This document shows positions 1-13,253 of a stretch of DNA of 64,000 nt, piece by piece. The position numbers were made by a program, and so were the translations under genes. The notes under the pieces are model-generated. The model was given only the letters and a program-made list of their open reading frames with translations. It was not told where the DNA came from and made no database searches. How positions within the stretch are numbered: the stretch's first letter is position 1; each line of letters opens with the position of its first letter. The DNA comes from Dimorphilus gyrociliatus (Eukaryota; Animalia; Annelida). Where the stretch lies: assembly GCA_904063045.1 (NCBI GenBank), contig CAJFCJ010000019.1:1379700-1443699 (forward strand). The letters are read 5' to 3'.

Positions 1-3000
1 ATAAATATGATACAGCCTTTGAAAAGTATATCAGCATTATTGATTTGGGCAAACTCCAAAAGTTGGCAAACAGTTCGTTTTGTAACTGAATATGATTAAT
101 AACATATACTATTATAAATGAGGTATGCAAATAGAGATAAAGAATATCTCACTGAATGACACTAGAACACTTTCGCATCGTCTCTTTAATGCATCAAACA
201 GCAGTTGTTCTGCTAAGCACAAAACTTGACACACTAACTCCATAGTCATATTTTCTAACAAAAAATAATAACCACATAATGATATATAGTGTACAAAAGA
301 AAAATATATATAATTGTTTAATACCTGAGCGTGACAACATATTATCATTGTAAAAGGAATCAAGAACAATCATAACAACTTGACTATCCTCGGGCAGTTC
401 TATTAATTCGTTTTTGCTCTAAATTTCCCAAGTAATTCAAATGAATTAAAAATGTAAGTTTAGACAAGAAAGGTTTTTCTAATACCTCAAGCCAATCGGA
501 TGAAAACATTGCATGGAAATATTCAGATTTCGCCATAAGAATACATTTATGGCATCCAAAGGTAATTCCGTCTGGGCACGATATTTCAATATCATAAAAT
601 TGGGGCCTATTTAAGTAAGGTATTTAACGATTGATTTGTAATTTTAATTATAAAATCTTACAGGGATTGCCTCTGAAGATGAGGTAAAGTTTGCGAGCAA
701 ATATCAACTGCTTTCTTACACGATTCCAAACGTTTAACTCCGTAAAATTTACCAGCTTCCAAGAATTTTTTATCGTTGTTGGGCAATTTCTTACAATAAC
801 CAGAATAAATTAACCTTAATAAATCCTCGAAAACCTTATAAGTTACATTATCTGGCATTGATATTTCAGAGATGGTGTCATTGGTAAGTTTTTCCAGGAA
901 CCATTTACTTCTGCTACATAATATGAACTTATGAACGGAAAATTTTCTCGAATTTACCTAAATATCAATATGACAGTAAAAGGTTAATACATGATTAACA
1001 TAATTAATTGTATTACCGTTAACTGCAAATCCGGCGCAAATTCTTCTGCATTTTCCAGCATATAGCTGAAATCATTGGAATTTACAAATTCCCTATTTCT
1101 AGGCTTATATCTGTAATATTTATATTAATTTGTTTTTGTATATCACAAAGGGAAACGCAAGGAAATGCCTAAAAACTTACTTAAGCTTTGAATCTGTTTG
1201 CAATATGCAGAAATTTTTCGCTTTAGCGTCACAAACAAAGTATTTTGCTCGAAATACGTGTGATATTTTCTCAAAGGTTAATTCTAGCGTTTCTTTGTTG
1301 GTTTTATTTGATTTTTCAAATGCTGATAAGAGCAATGAACTTATTATCAAATATTTTCTCAAAAAATACGTTTTTATACGTACATTTTCCAATAAATTTA
1401 GAAGAGAATAGTTCATTTGTTGTTGTTAGAAAATAAAGAAACTTTCCACCAATAAAGCATTGTTTAAAATTAACATTATATTTAAGTGGCCAAATACACT
1501 TTTGCAGTATTCCAGATGATCTCCATAAATATATATCATATATCTAAAATATTTAAACAGTAATTGTTTTTTACGTCTTCTGAGATATTTTCAAAAATAA
1601 CCTCATATTTATCGGTTGGTACCGAGAATACGCAGTAAAATTCTTCAATAGGTCTTTCTTGATTTTGTTTATTAATATGTTTTGGCAAATTTTCACCTCC
1701 AATTGCAATATGTTTTTGTCTGTTTTTAATATTATTCTTTTAAAATATGAACAATTTGTTAATAAGTAAAATATTCAGTTTACAATTCAAGTAATGGCCG
1801 TTTAGTAGGTGAAACTTGTCTTGAGAATATTCTTAATATTTTAAAATTATATAGAACCCAAAATTCCAAAATATTATCATATTTTATTCTAGAAATAATT
1901 GTTCCAGCCTCAGAACTTTTGACGCCTTCAATTCTTGATCCATTTTCACATAATAAAGATGTTATTAGAGTCGGTTTAGTAATTTTATTGTCTTTTTGAG
2001 GTCTGGATTGTCCTATTGAAAAATAGAATAGTAAATAACCCTTACGGAACTAACAGGAAAACAAAAGCCAATTACCCAATTGTCCAATATTCAGACCCCA
2101 ACTCCAAATGTTATTTTCATTCCAAACAATACTGTGATATTTTCCCCCTTCTATACCGATAATCTCATGCTTTTTCAACGATTTAACTAGAGTAGGTAAT
2201 AAAGACTTTTCACAATTGTGGCCCAGCTGACCACTACTATTATCACCACAGGTATAAACTGTTCCATCAGAAGTTAGAAAAATGGAATGATCACGCGATG
2301 CAATTACACTAATACATAATTTATCTTTTAAGTAGTTGACTCTCTGTGGTTTCTGTGAAAGTAAAGAATGATAGATTATTTCTATTGCTAATATCTTGTA
2401 AAATGGCTAATGAATCTGATTGTAGTACCACATAAGTTAGTTCATCACCAAGGCCTAATCTTCCCTTTTGACCGTGGCCGCATGTATAGACGATTCCCCC
2501 ACTTGATAAAAACATTGTATGGAATTCATTCATTGATACCTAAAGTAAATATTTCTCTTTAGATAAAGGCATAGGAAAAAGAAAATTCAATTATCTTATT
2601 ACATGCTTTAAATGTATTCCTGAAGCTGGAAAAAAATCAATACAATCTGGTAATCTTCTATCCTTTCCATTTTCATGGCCAAGATTCATGTTATAGTTAT
2701 TCCCCCAAGAAAAAGCCAAAAGTTTATCTAAAAATAATGTTATTTTATTGGTTGGTAATGGCAAATTTCTAAGAAAATCCATTTAAAATCCTATGATTAA
2801 GACTATTTAATGTTTTAAAAAGACTATCTACAAAGATTACAAAAGATGAGACAGAAGAAGATTAATAAGAGTGTAGATTATCAAAAGTACCTGTTTCAGT
2901 AGATTCCGTATACTCGTCAATATTACAGTTTGACGATATACAATCTAAATGAGCAAGATCAATTGGTGTCAATCCATCTTTATCCTTGCTATAAATATTC

Positions 3001-3458
3001 GCACCATTCTGAAATTTTCATTCTTATTATGAAGAGTAAGTATAGCTTATAAACTTTTAAAAGGGTATTTGGCTTGTTACACGAAAAGATTTATATACTA
3101 TTTTATGTTAATTGTAATCTAAGGTAAATAACCTTACTTCAATAAGGGATATTGCTGCGTCTAATTGTCTGTAATAAATAGCTTTATGTAAAGCCGTCCA
3201 GTTCGATTCATTATCTTTTACATTTACTTCTGATCCTACTTCGTCAATAAGCCAATTTATGATATCTAATTTTCCACAAGTTGCTGCTACATGCAAAACG
3301 GTTCTACCAAACTCATCGGTATTATATATGGGATTATTGCACGATTTCAAGTACAACTTTATTTGGTTCAAATTTCCCTTTGAAACTGCTGAACACATTT
3401 CCAAAGCATGTGATTTGGATTTGCAGGGATCATTGTCACAAACAACCTCAATAGACAT
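1..3458 (-). CDS. IBTK: Inhibitor of Bruton tyrosine kinase (ankyrin + RCC1 + BTB/BACK), multi-exon, 3' end outside the window
   Basis: N-terminus MSIEVVCDNDPCKSKSHALEMCSAVSKG...FGRTVLHVAATCGK...VKDNESNWTALHKAIYY parallels IBTK ankyrin repeats. RCC1 repeats follow (SWGNNYNMNLGHE, HTMFLSSGGIVYTCGHGQKGRLGLGDE, HSIFLTSDGTVYTCGDNSSGQLG), then BTB/BACK-like exons near 1-900. GT-AG introns join the ORF pieces. Confidence 0.92.
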
Positions 3459-4084
3459 TTTTCTTGAGATCTATTTAACACTTTTAAGCCATCTTTATTA
3501 AAAAAACTGTCATTCTTTGACAAGTGGCTTATATGAACACGTATCTATCACATATGTATTGGTTACATAATAAATCTGACATATCCCAAAACATTAATGA
3601 ATTTATACCAGTTTTCACTGCGTACGGTAGTTGTTAATATCTCACACGTTAACATTCTTTAACGAAAGTAAACACAATAACTTTAAAAAGAGATACCGTT
3701 TTGACACTATTGTAACATTAATTATGCAAATTTGTAGTTAGTCTTAAAAGTATTTTCTTTTCAACAATATTTTTCATCGTTGTTGAAGAAAAAACCTGAT
3801 AAACACGTTAATGGTGTTTAATACAAAATAAAGCTATATATATTAACAACAGAAGTTTTATTTATGTACAGCAGATATCGCAAAATTATATTTTAAATAA
3901 TCAAAGTTTGAATTGACCGCCATATCAGAGGAAATAGTAACAAAACCGGAAATAAACAAAAAGAACATAACTGATTGGTTGTATTATTTGGATAACAACA
4001 TGATCACAAATTTCGATTCTAATGAAATATCAAATTTAGCGAGATATTCAACTTGACTTTCAATAATTGCTGCTTGTACTTGAT
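3459..4084. promoter_or_regulatory. Probable bidirectional promoter between divergent IBTK and ATAT1
   Basis: Head-to-head start codons about 630 bp apart (3458 minus, 4085 plus). Inferred from geometry only. Confidence 0.55.
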
Positions 4085-5814
4085 ATGGAGTTTTCATTCA
4101 ATGTTGGGAAACTGTTTCCTAACGAGATAACGGTTATTGATGCTAATTTATCACATTTAAAAAATGTCGGAAATTTTCAGTTAGTAAAGCTACACAAAAA
4201 TGCTCTTAAATAATATTAAATATATATATTTATGTCTTAAAGGGAACTAAAAAACCAATTAAGGTCCGTGGTGGATAAGCTAGGAGAGGCATCTGCAAAA
4301 GTAAGAATAAATTAAATAATAATTTAAAAGAATTTTAAACCGATACTTGCAATTAACCTTTTCAATCAGTTATTGATACAATTTACGAAGTATGGAAATT
4401 TATAAGCATTTATATATAAATAATACCCTTTTATAAATGTAACAAGAAGAATTTATTAAGATTTTCCGTTTCTGTTTTATTTACAGGCACAGGGCTTGCT
4501 TGGATCAATCACATCTCTTTCAAAATTATCTTTCTCTTCACACAAAATCTATTTGTTAAAAGATCCACAGAAAAAGAACATCGTGATTGGTTTTATTAAA
4601 GTTGGTTCTAAGAAATTGTTTTTTTACGATATCCGTGGAATTCAAATTGAAAACGATCCTCTATGCGTTCTAGACTTTTATGTTCATGAATCAGTTCAAA
4701 GAAAGGGATGTGGAAAAAAACTATTTGAGTTTATGCTTAGTTACGAGAATATTCAAGCTGAAAAATTGGCGATTGATAAACCTTCTCATAAATTTTTGAA
4801 TTTCTTGAATAAACACTACGGATTGTGCAACATTGTACCTCAGCTGAACAATTTTGTGGTATTTGTTCAATATTTCAGGGATAGAAATGGTTAGTTAATA
4901 TCTTTTATGGATAAAAGACATATATATACATATTTTAAAATATAGAAATTATAATAGTTTAATTTTCTTTTTTTCTGTCCAGCTGATTCAAGTAAAAGAT
5001 CAAGTTTGTTATTTGCATTATCTTTTCAAATTACAATTTTATCTTATTTTTCTTTAATTTCAGCGAAACTAATCAACTCTGGCGATTGTTCTACTTATAA
5101 TAAGAGAAACGTTATACCTAGTCATGATGTACTGTATTAACATCTACTTTTTATTCTATTCTATAAATAATCAATATTCTAAATAGAGGCAAAAAACTGA
5201 TAATATATATACAAGAGAACAAAGAACAGCTTCCCTTCCTCCTATTGGAAGACCAGAAAGTGGTAGAAATAGGTAGCCCTGAGGGTTTCTCTTTAATAAT
5301 CATAATTATAACTCTTTTTGCTTTTCAGAGACGTAGACTTGCGTAAGGAAGTAACCCCGACGGTTAATCAATTTAACCAAAGAGCTTTGAATTCCGAAAC
5401 AAAAATAGAAGTATCTAATCTCCCAAAAAATAATTGTTGGTTTTCAAAGAAATATTTATTGAAACAAATAATAAAACTTATTCTTTTCAGATTCTCCTCC
5501 AATGCTCAGGAGAGATGGACCTTCAAAAGACTACATGGATTTATTAGGAAGATATAAGCCAATTCAGGACAAGGAATATTTACATAGTACTAATGCGACA
5601 CCTATTAACAAGTAAGGAAAAACTTTTCTTATCCTGTCTGATAGAGCCTTAGTGCTTATTGTATGTCTTTCTTTGTTACTTTAGCGTGCATAAACCAGAA
5701 ATAACTAGACAAAAGCCACAAGTTGACTTAGGTACTGGATGGAATATATTCGGAGTTCCTAGCGCTAATCAAGCTGATCACAGAAAATATAGACGACAAA
5801 CTAAACTATGGTAG
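4085..5814 (+). CDS. ATAT1: Alpha-tubulin N-acetyltransferase 1 (MEC-17 family), multi-exon
   Basis: Exon 1 MEFSFNVGKLFPNEITVID, exon 2 VVDKLGEASAK, exon 3 AQGL..IT...IGFIKVGSKKLF...PLCVLDFYVHESVQRKGCGKKLF...LAIDKPSHKFLNFLNKHY...VPQLNNFVVF. Last exon ends RRQTKLW-TAG at 5812-5814. Middle 3' exons were not fully resolved. Confidence 0.95.
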
Positions 5815-7130
5815 GGAGAAATAGGCATCCATGAGGGAATTAGTTTTGCATGAATTTTCTAAATCTTTAATATCTCTTCTGACTTGAGTATTATCTATAT
5901 AAAATTCCTGCAATTAGTTGTCCAATTGAAGAATATTGACAATTCTGTTTCATTCATAAAACTGCAAGGACTAAATTGTCTCGTTATTATTTCTAATTTT
6001 CTATATCAAAACGTTTCTTTGTTATTAACTTTGTTTCTAAGAAATGAAAATTTACATATTTTTGTCATAATAGTCGAATTATTTAATCAATATAAAAGAA
6101 ATGAAGAAAAGAAAATGATTTTTATCCTTTTTGCAATTAAATTCATGTATTTTATGCAAATAATTATACAAGTAGTATGTTGGCTTTGCTATTATCGTAA
6201 AAGTTAATTTTCTTTTATAACTTAATAGTCTCACTGCCTTTCTTTACAAATTGAAGCACAGAGTTTTTCTTGAAAATGTTACGGATTTGTTGATGTTGAT
6301 ATTTAATATAAAATTCAATTATAGAATTCTATACAACTTTGTTATATTTATCTTAAGCATGAATATACTCATGTAATAATACCATGCAAGAAAATACAAT
6401 TCCCTTTTATACTGACTATTATTACAAGGGACTTTGGAGCGTCCAATAATAATAATTTGTCTGAGAGTATATGGTATAAATAATTTCCGTTATATTTAAA
6501 AAAGCGTCAGGTTTTCGATAACTTTATAAAGCTATATGCGTAATCTCTTTAGAAGAGTACTAGCACATCATCATATTCCAATTTAGTCTAAGAATACTGA
6601 AAGGAGTAATTGTCTCGTAGTTAAAGTTTGATATAGTCAATTTTCAAAACAAAACATAATAATAAGATAATAGCTTATATATAGTCAATGATAACTATTT
6701 TATTACCTTCAAAAGCTAAAAAAAATTCTGTTTATTTCATCAAATTTCATGAGAGAATCATTTGCTTTCTTGTACACGATAGTACACGATCAATGAATAT
6801 GATTTTTCCTTCATTAGTAGGTTTGTCATTATATTTCATTACCTATAGTGACCAATCAATAAAATATCGAAATCTGTTCTTAAGCAGCTGGAACTACGTG
6901 ATATTTTAGTTAAAGATTTATAGAAATTAAAAGGTAAGCAAATTATTGAATTATTATCTTTTTTTATTTTACTATCAAATATTATTACTTTAGCTTTTAA
7001 AGACAAAAAGATTATCATTTGAAAAACGTTAGTTAAATATTACATTATTAATTGAATATTATTGGGGTAGAAAAAGTGACATGGAACAGTTTAAAGACTA
7101 TTTCAGTTGTGTATATTTAGACTCTTGTCT

Positions 7131-8507
7131 TTAAGATTGATTGGATCTCTTCTGCACCGAGGCTTTTAGTTTTTTGATAAATCTAAAAGGATCAACGTTG
7201 ACGTTGGAACCCTAAAGAATATATGATATTTACCAGATAGAATAATTTAGAAATATAAACGACTTACTCCAAATAATTCTAGTGAGCTTACATCTGATCT
7301 AACTTCGAAGACTGTACCTCTGGTAACGATTCTAGCAAAGGCAACATTCCGGCTAGATCTTTTATCCATGCTTGGGAAAGATGTTATACTACTAAAGCAC
7401 AAATTTTCCATATCATCTATGAAAGCTGCAAATAAAATTATTGCCGATTAAAATAAAATCTGGAAATGATTAGTGTTAACTTACTTCTAGTTACCATATA
7501 AAATAATTTAAAAAAGTCTTGATTTGCTTCCTGAGCTAAGATAACAACTTCATTATCTTTTTTGGGTGTTAAACTCGCAAACGCTGCAGCTGATTTATAG
7601 CGAACGGATAAACCCAAAGCGTCATGAATTTCAAGTAAATCTTCAAAGTAATTGCTTCTCCATCTCTGATAATATTTGTCAGCTGCTTTGTACCAACCCT
7701 CCAGCATACCATAATATACGTCATCAGTCAAGGTTGCGTGCATATGGGGATGAATTTGACTGGCACTCGCTTTAGGTAGTAAATCCCATGTAATTATCGG
7801 ATTTATGTAGTTAGGTTCAATTTTATGAACTTTATTAAACCACTCCTGAGATAGGTCAAAAACACTGACTAACTCCGGTAGAGTCCACGTTAGGGGGTGA
7901 TGACGCCTATAGAAATACATATCACTTAATAGACAATTCGACATAAAATGACAAAACCTGTCTCTTACTTGAAAATGACTAAAGAATGCCAAGCGTCATA
8001 TTTAAAGGCGTTTGATGCGGTATAAGCATATTTATTTGCTAAGCGATCTATTTTATCATTTGCAGTATTTTCCTTATATCTATTCTCACAAAAATCACAG
8101 CTACTTTTTGCAGAGCTCTGGAGGTCCTCCACGTAAAGTCTTTGAGATTGTTTTGGTTTATTCACAGGTCGCTTATCTCGAAGAGGATTAAAGATAGTTT
8201 GTTCATTTGTGAGCTGATTGAATATAAAAGTAATATTCTGAGTGTCAACTTCATTAACTAGTTCCGGTTTTTTACTAAACCAAGATAGAAGCTTCTGTCT
8301 GAATGAATCTGAAATTTTTAAATGCCCAGATCTTTTGTTAACTGAAAATATAAAATCGAATTTGAGTTTTAAACTTCTACAAGCTGGATTATTCGATTTT
8401 TCCCATTCTAAAATATTTTCTGCTAATTTTTGCACTGTTGTCTCCTTGCCACTGATACAAGTCTTCTTAAAATCTTCGGCTGATAACTTTGTTTGAGTGC
8501 TAGACAT
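7131..8507 (-). CDS. GalT/HIT-superfamily nucleotidyltransferase-like protein (4 exons seen, 5' end uncertain)
   Basis: Spliced ORF contains IFNPLRDKRP, a CDFC Zn-type motif, TASNAFKYDAWHSLVIFKRHHPL and ASASQIHPHMH (HxHxH). It ends ARIVTRG...SSLELFGSNVNVDPF...NQS-TAA at 7131. Splice phases are consistent. Confidence 0.7.
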
Positions 8508-9060
8508 GATGACAGTAAGCCATTTTAAAACTAATATCAGTTATAACAAAGAAATTTATATGTATGACAACCGATATTACTATATATATATAAAATTAGT
8601 TGATATGTTTAAATTTTGAGCTTTGTTACAAATTAATAGCTAAACGACTGTAACAAAAAGAGCATAGAAAATTTAATGATAAGTTTGAAAATAGAAATAT
8701 TAGTAAAATGGCTTTTGTCACCTTAAGTAGCTAATACCATTTTGACTTATCTTAAAAGTCGTTAAAGGTCTAAAATCTTTGTCGAATGATTGATAGGAAG
8801 AATAACTCCAAATCAGAGTAACGATAATACAGCAAGTGGCAATAATTATTGCAATCGGCTTCATATGTATCTGCATTTTTTCGGGCATAACGTTTTATGC
8901 AGTTAGCAGTAGCAGATTAGATATTGCTGTATCTAAAATATCCTCTGGACGTGGCCGATTATTGATTAAATTGTTGAATTACATGAGTATGGGTTATTAC
9001 CAGTTTTCACTTGAACAAAATATCAGCTCTTTGTATAGTTATCGATAAATACTACCGAAA
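8508..9060. promoter_or_regulatory. Probable bidirectional promoter between the GalT-like gene and PFDN6, with a YY1-type AAAATGGCG overlapping the PFDN6 start
   Basis: Divergent starts about 550 bp apart; gaaaATGGCG spans 9057-9066. Confidence 0.45.
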
Positions 9061-9656
9061 ATGGCGAAAGCAGCTGAAGAGATCCAAAGGCAATTTCAAA
9101 AAGAGATGGACGCTTTTAAAGCGAATCAAGTGGGTTAGTAAAAAACTATTTTATATTTCTTTCTAAATATTTTATTTAACATCTATTAAATGAACAATAT
9201 ATTAATTGTCATGCTTAACTGAGCGATAATTTATTAGATTCTCGTAAATGCCTAACTGCCAGGCAACAGTTAGAAGCCCAGCTCACCGAAAATAAAATGG
9301 TTATGGAAGTAAGTAGTTTTGGTAGACCAAATTACGTTAGTTTATAAGTATTCCTTTTCCAGGAAATGAAATTGTTGGACGAAGATGCTTCTCTATTTAA
9401 AATGATCGGTCCTATCCTTGTTAAGCAAGATTTTATTGAGGCGAAACAAAATGTTGATAAACGTATAGAATATATTACTAGAGAAATGTAAGTAACACTA
9501 AAAGTACAGATAATAACATGTGCCTAACTTTTAATAACCCCTTACAGCTCACGACAGGAAACTTCAATGAAAGATTTGCAAGAAAAGCAGGATAAAATGA
9601 AGGAGACTCTTACTAAATTGCAGAGTCAAATGCAGCAGTTTGCTGCAGCTCGTTGA
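9061..9656 (+). CDS. PFDN6: Prefoldin subunit 6, 4 exons
   Basis: Spliced translation MAKAAEEIQRQFQKEMDAFKANQVDSRKCLTARQQLEAQLTENKMVMEEMKLLDEDASLFKMIGPILVKQDFIEAKQNVDKRIEYITRE... matches the PFDN6 signature (QLxENxxVxxE, KLIGPVLVKQ, NVxKRIxYI). TGA at 9654-9656. Confidence 0.95.
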
Positions 9657-11264
9657 AATTGTAATAATGATTTGATATAAGAAAATAATAAAAATTTCTC
9701 TTCTTGTACTGCTCCATTGTAACTGGAAAAAAACAAGACTAATCTTTCAAAGTACAAAAAATTTTTTTAGCTATAGATGGCGACATACGTGTTATAATAA
9801 AAGAAAATAAAAGGAAAACCTAATTTTCATAACTTTTATGAAACCATAGAGTCGATAACCAAAGACAATACAAAGAATACGCAAACAGTTTAATCGGAAT
9901 AGTCTAAACGATTTCGATAATAAAGCTATAGACGGCCATTGTAAAATATTATTTAATCGTCTATTAGACTACATAATTAAAGCGATTGACTGTGAAATTA
10001 GCCTAAATCGGAAAAGAGTTAACAATTACCTATCTCCTAACCTACCAAGGTCGACTAGGCAGGTACATAATTACTATGTAGGAAGCAACGTTTTCTGAAT
10101 GACAGCAAGAATATTATAAAATATATAAGGCTTCCAATTTAATTTTGTGCCAAGTGATAAATATCTCATGAATGTCGGTTTTTTTCCCTCTCTCTCCATA
10201 GTCAATTGCTACAATCATAATATATTTAGGTATTGAAAACTATTTTTATCAACCCATTAGAAAGTACTATCCATTGCTATAATTAGGTAATAATTATGAA
10301 TCTTTTGTCAAGCTTCTTCGGATAATGAGAAGTTGCAAAACTTCAAAAAGAAAACGAAAGCTGTGAAAGGACTAGATCTAATCTATATAAATCATCGAAA
10401 TTCTTTTGTATTTGTTAATAAAAAAATGCAATCTGAAGGTTAAGTAGGGTATCAAGACGGGAAAAGGTATAGAAATATAAATAAACGATCAGGAAATATA
10501 TTTTCATCAAAATCTTACAACATAAGATGTAAATAAATTGACGTATTTTTCATAATTAAATCAAATTTCCCTGTGTAAGAAATAGTTTCTTCAGTCAAGG
10601 TAACAAACTTACCACAATAATTTTAGAACTACATTCTGATATGTAAGTGTAACTCGGCAAAATTTTCAATTACACTCACGTAGTTTTGAAGAGATGAAAG
10701 GAGAAAAAAAAATAGGAAAACAAATTACCATCGTAAACTTAGTACCGAGGCTCTTGTTGATACAGACGTTTTTCCCACTTCTAAGCTTTTCTTTTTATAA
10801 ACTTAACCCAAAATGGATCAAACTATTTCAAATAATGTTGTCAGGCTAAATTCATTTTTGTTCGTCTCTGCATAATGCGTTTAGATTTTTGCGAAGGGCT
10901 TTTCGTAGCTGTCGATTGTCATTTCGTTCTGTCTAGCCAAGAAAATGAATAACCTCTACTTAAATATTTAGCTCAATTATATATTAGAGATTCGTCCTTT
11001 CTGTAAATAAACAGCTATGAAGGTATTTATATATTATATGTTTAGACAGTTTATGTATAATACAGTAGGTGGGGCGGAAATTTTCTGTACAGGAAAAATT
11101 TTTGTTTATAATATTTCTTCTTTATATTACATAAAAACAGGGATTATCGGACTTTTAGTTTCTAGTATGAACCCTTAATGTATAATAGGGAAGAAGAAAT
11201 TTGTGGAATACCTATACATAAGTCAAAATCTTAGATATTAGATAATTGATAATGTTATTTGTTT

Positions 11265-11490
11265 ATTTTTAATAAAGTTGTTTGCCAGAACGACTATGAC
11301 AGGGGAGGAGAGGATGAAATTCGCACTATAGCTGGTATTTATCAACGAAAAGAATTTTAATTTGAATTGATTCAATGGTTACTATTGGAATGGCGTCAGC
11401 AAGAAGAGAATGATAATATCCAAGCGGTATTCAGGTGAAATGTCTACTATAAAAGATTAAAGCTTCAAATTGGCCGGCAAACTTTCTAGA
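11265..11490 (+). pseudogene. Possible decayed death-domain fragment
   Basis: One frame reads GEDEIRTIAGIYQRKEF*FELIQWLLLEWRQQEENDNIQAVFR*NVYYKRLKLQIGRQTF*, resembling death-domain helices 3-6 (ExEIxxI...MLxxWRQ...IGR). IKLFAR lies upstream in another frame. In-frame stops are present. Confidence 0.3.
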
Positions 11491-13253
11491 TCTGAAGATT
11501 ATAGAATATGTCTGGGGACACCTAAACACGACTTATTTATAGCGTTGTCAGACAATTGAGGTCTATATGAGAACTAAACATTATACAAAATATTTTAAAT
11601 AAAAATAAGATGGCTCGTATGTAATTTGTTGAGTAGTTTATATAAAAGTGCTTTGAACTGTATATAAGAAAGATGTAAGCATCGTACAAATCTCTTTCTC
11701 GCAAAATGGACTTACTGTTCATAATAGCGACTATCATGTCTTCATCTTTTCCATTTATTAATAGAAAACAGAATAATTCACTAAAATTCAGGGCATAGAA
11801 ATTTTTCCTCCATTGTATATCTCGTATTTATATATTCCAAAAAATCCGTCAATTTGTTAACATGGTGCAAATATTGTATGTACGATATTTACATGTATCC
11901 ATCGGGTATTATAGTATTTTCTTTCGACTGCTAAAATTGGACTAAACACTGATTATTGGCTGATCAATAACAATTAGTTATTTTTCGTGTTTTTCTACAA
12001 ATAATCGAAATAACCTTAGCTCTCTATCTTAATAGAAAAAAGAATAGTTTATAGATTAACTTTAATTATTCTACCATAGGTTAGTTCATATTTTATGATA
12101 TATTTAATAGACATATAGATATGTATATTATATAAATATATGGTTGACTTACTTTCATCTTTCGTGACTAATTATCATTTAATCGCGTTATTTGTAAATC
12201 ACATGCGTAGGAAATTAATTAGGAAATTTTTTGTTAAAAGTAGCGTACAAAGATTAGTATCGTGAAAAATTTTAAAGAAAATTCTTTCGTTCGTCTTGAA
12301 GATATGCTTGTAAAATTAACTGTACAGACCGTTTGAAGTCTCTTCCTACATGCTCCGTTAATTATTGATCTCTGTCAAATACAGATATATTTTTTAACTA
12401 TCTATCAGATTATTTTGGGCTTCTAGAATTAGATATCTCAAAACCTTATACTGCACAATACTGCTGTAAATAAATTAGTAATGTACATCTTATATACATA
12501 GTATTTACTATATCCTGTTTTTCATTTGAAAAATAATGAAAAGAGTGTGCAATATCACCTTGGATTCTACGACAATTCAGTGTGTTTAAGAAACAGTGGA
12601 AAATTCTATTTGTTAAATGAAACTATAGGCGAATTCTATTCTAAAGCTCTTTTTTTCGAGAGCTGAATAAGCTGTAATGATACCCTAGTAGAAGTTGAAA
12701 GAAAATGTTAAATAAATGGCAGAAAAAACGCAACGCATAATATATATTGAAGATATAATTGTTAAAATTCCTTACATGTGGAAATAAGAGTAAACCAATA
12801 TTGTTTGTTAATGTAGTAACAATAGTTTGAAAGGAAGTTAGGGATGCGTGTTGTTGTTTTTTCCAGAAGAGTTAAACTTTAAATAAAACTATAGAAAGCT
12901 TATGTGTGAATTTTATAACCTTATTTTATCGGTTTGACGCATTAGATACAGTCAATTTAATGGGAAGGAAACCACAAAAGGGAATAGATGTGCGATATTT
13001 GTTTCTCTTATAGCGCATCCCTTAGAATAATTTCAACTTTATTCTATAAACGATAAAGCGTAGTGATTTTTTGATAATAGATAAAAGAAACACAAACAAT
13101 TAGGCTGTCATATTATAAAGTAAACGCCCGTTGGAAATTACGTATATTCTATAAATACAACTAAAAACGTAATATGTGTATCAAAGCTGGGGTAAACTAT
13201 GTTTGCAGCGCCCCACAGCTCATAGTGCAGTTCTTTCAGAGCAGCGTCGAACG

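Noticed and set aside
5884-6207. 107-aa hydrophobic ORF after ATAT1
   Set aside because: TTG start, AT-rich I/F/L/N composition typical of 3' UTR or intergenic noise.
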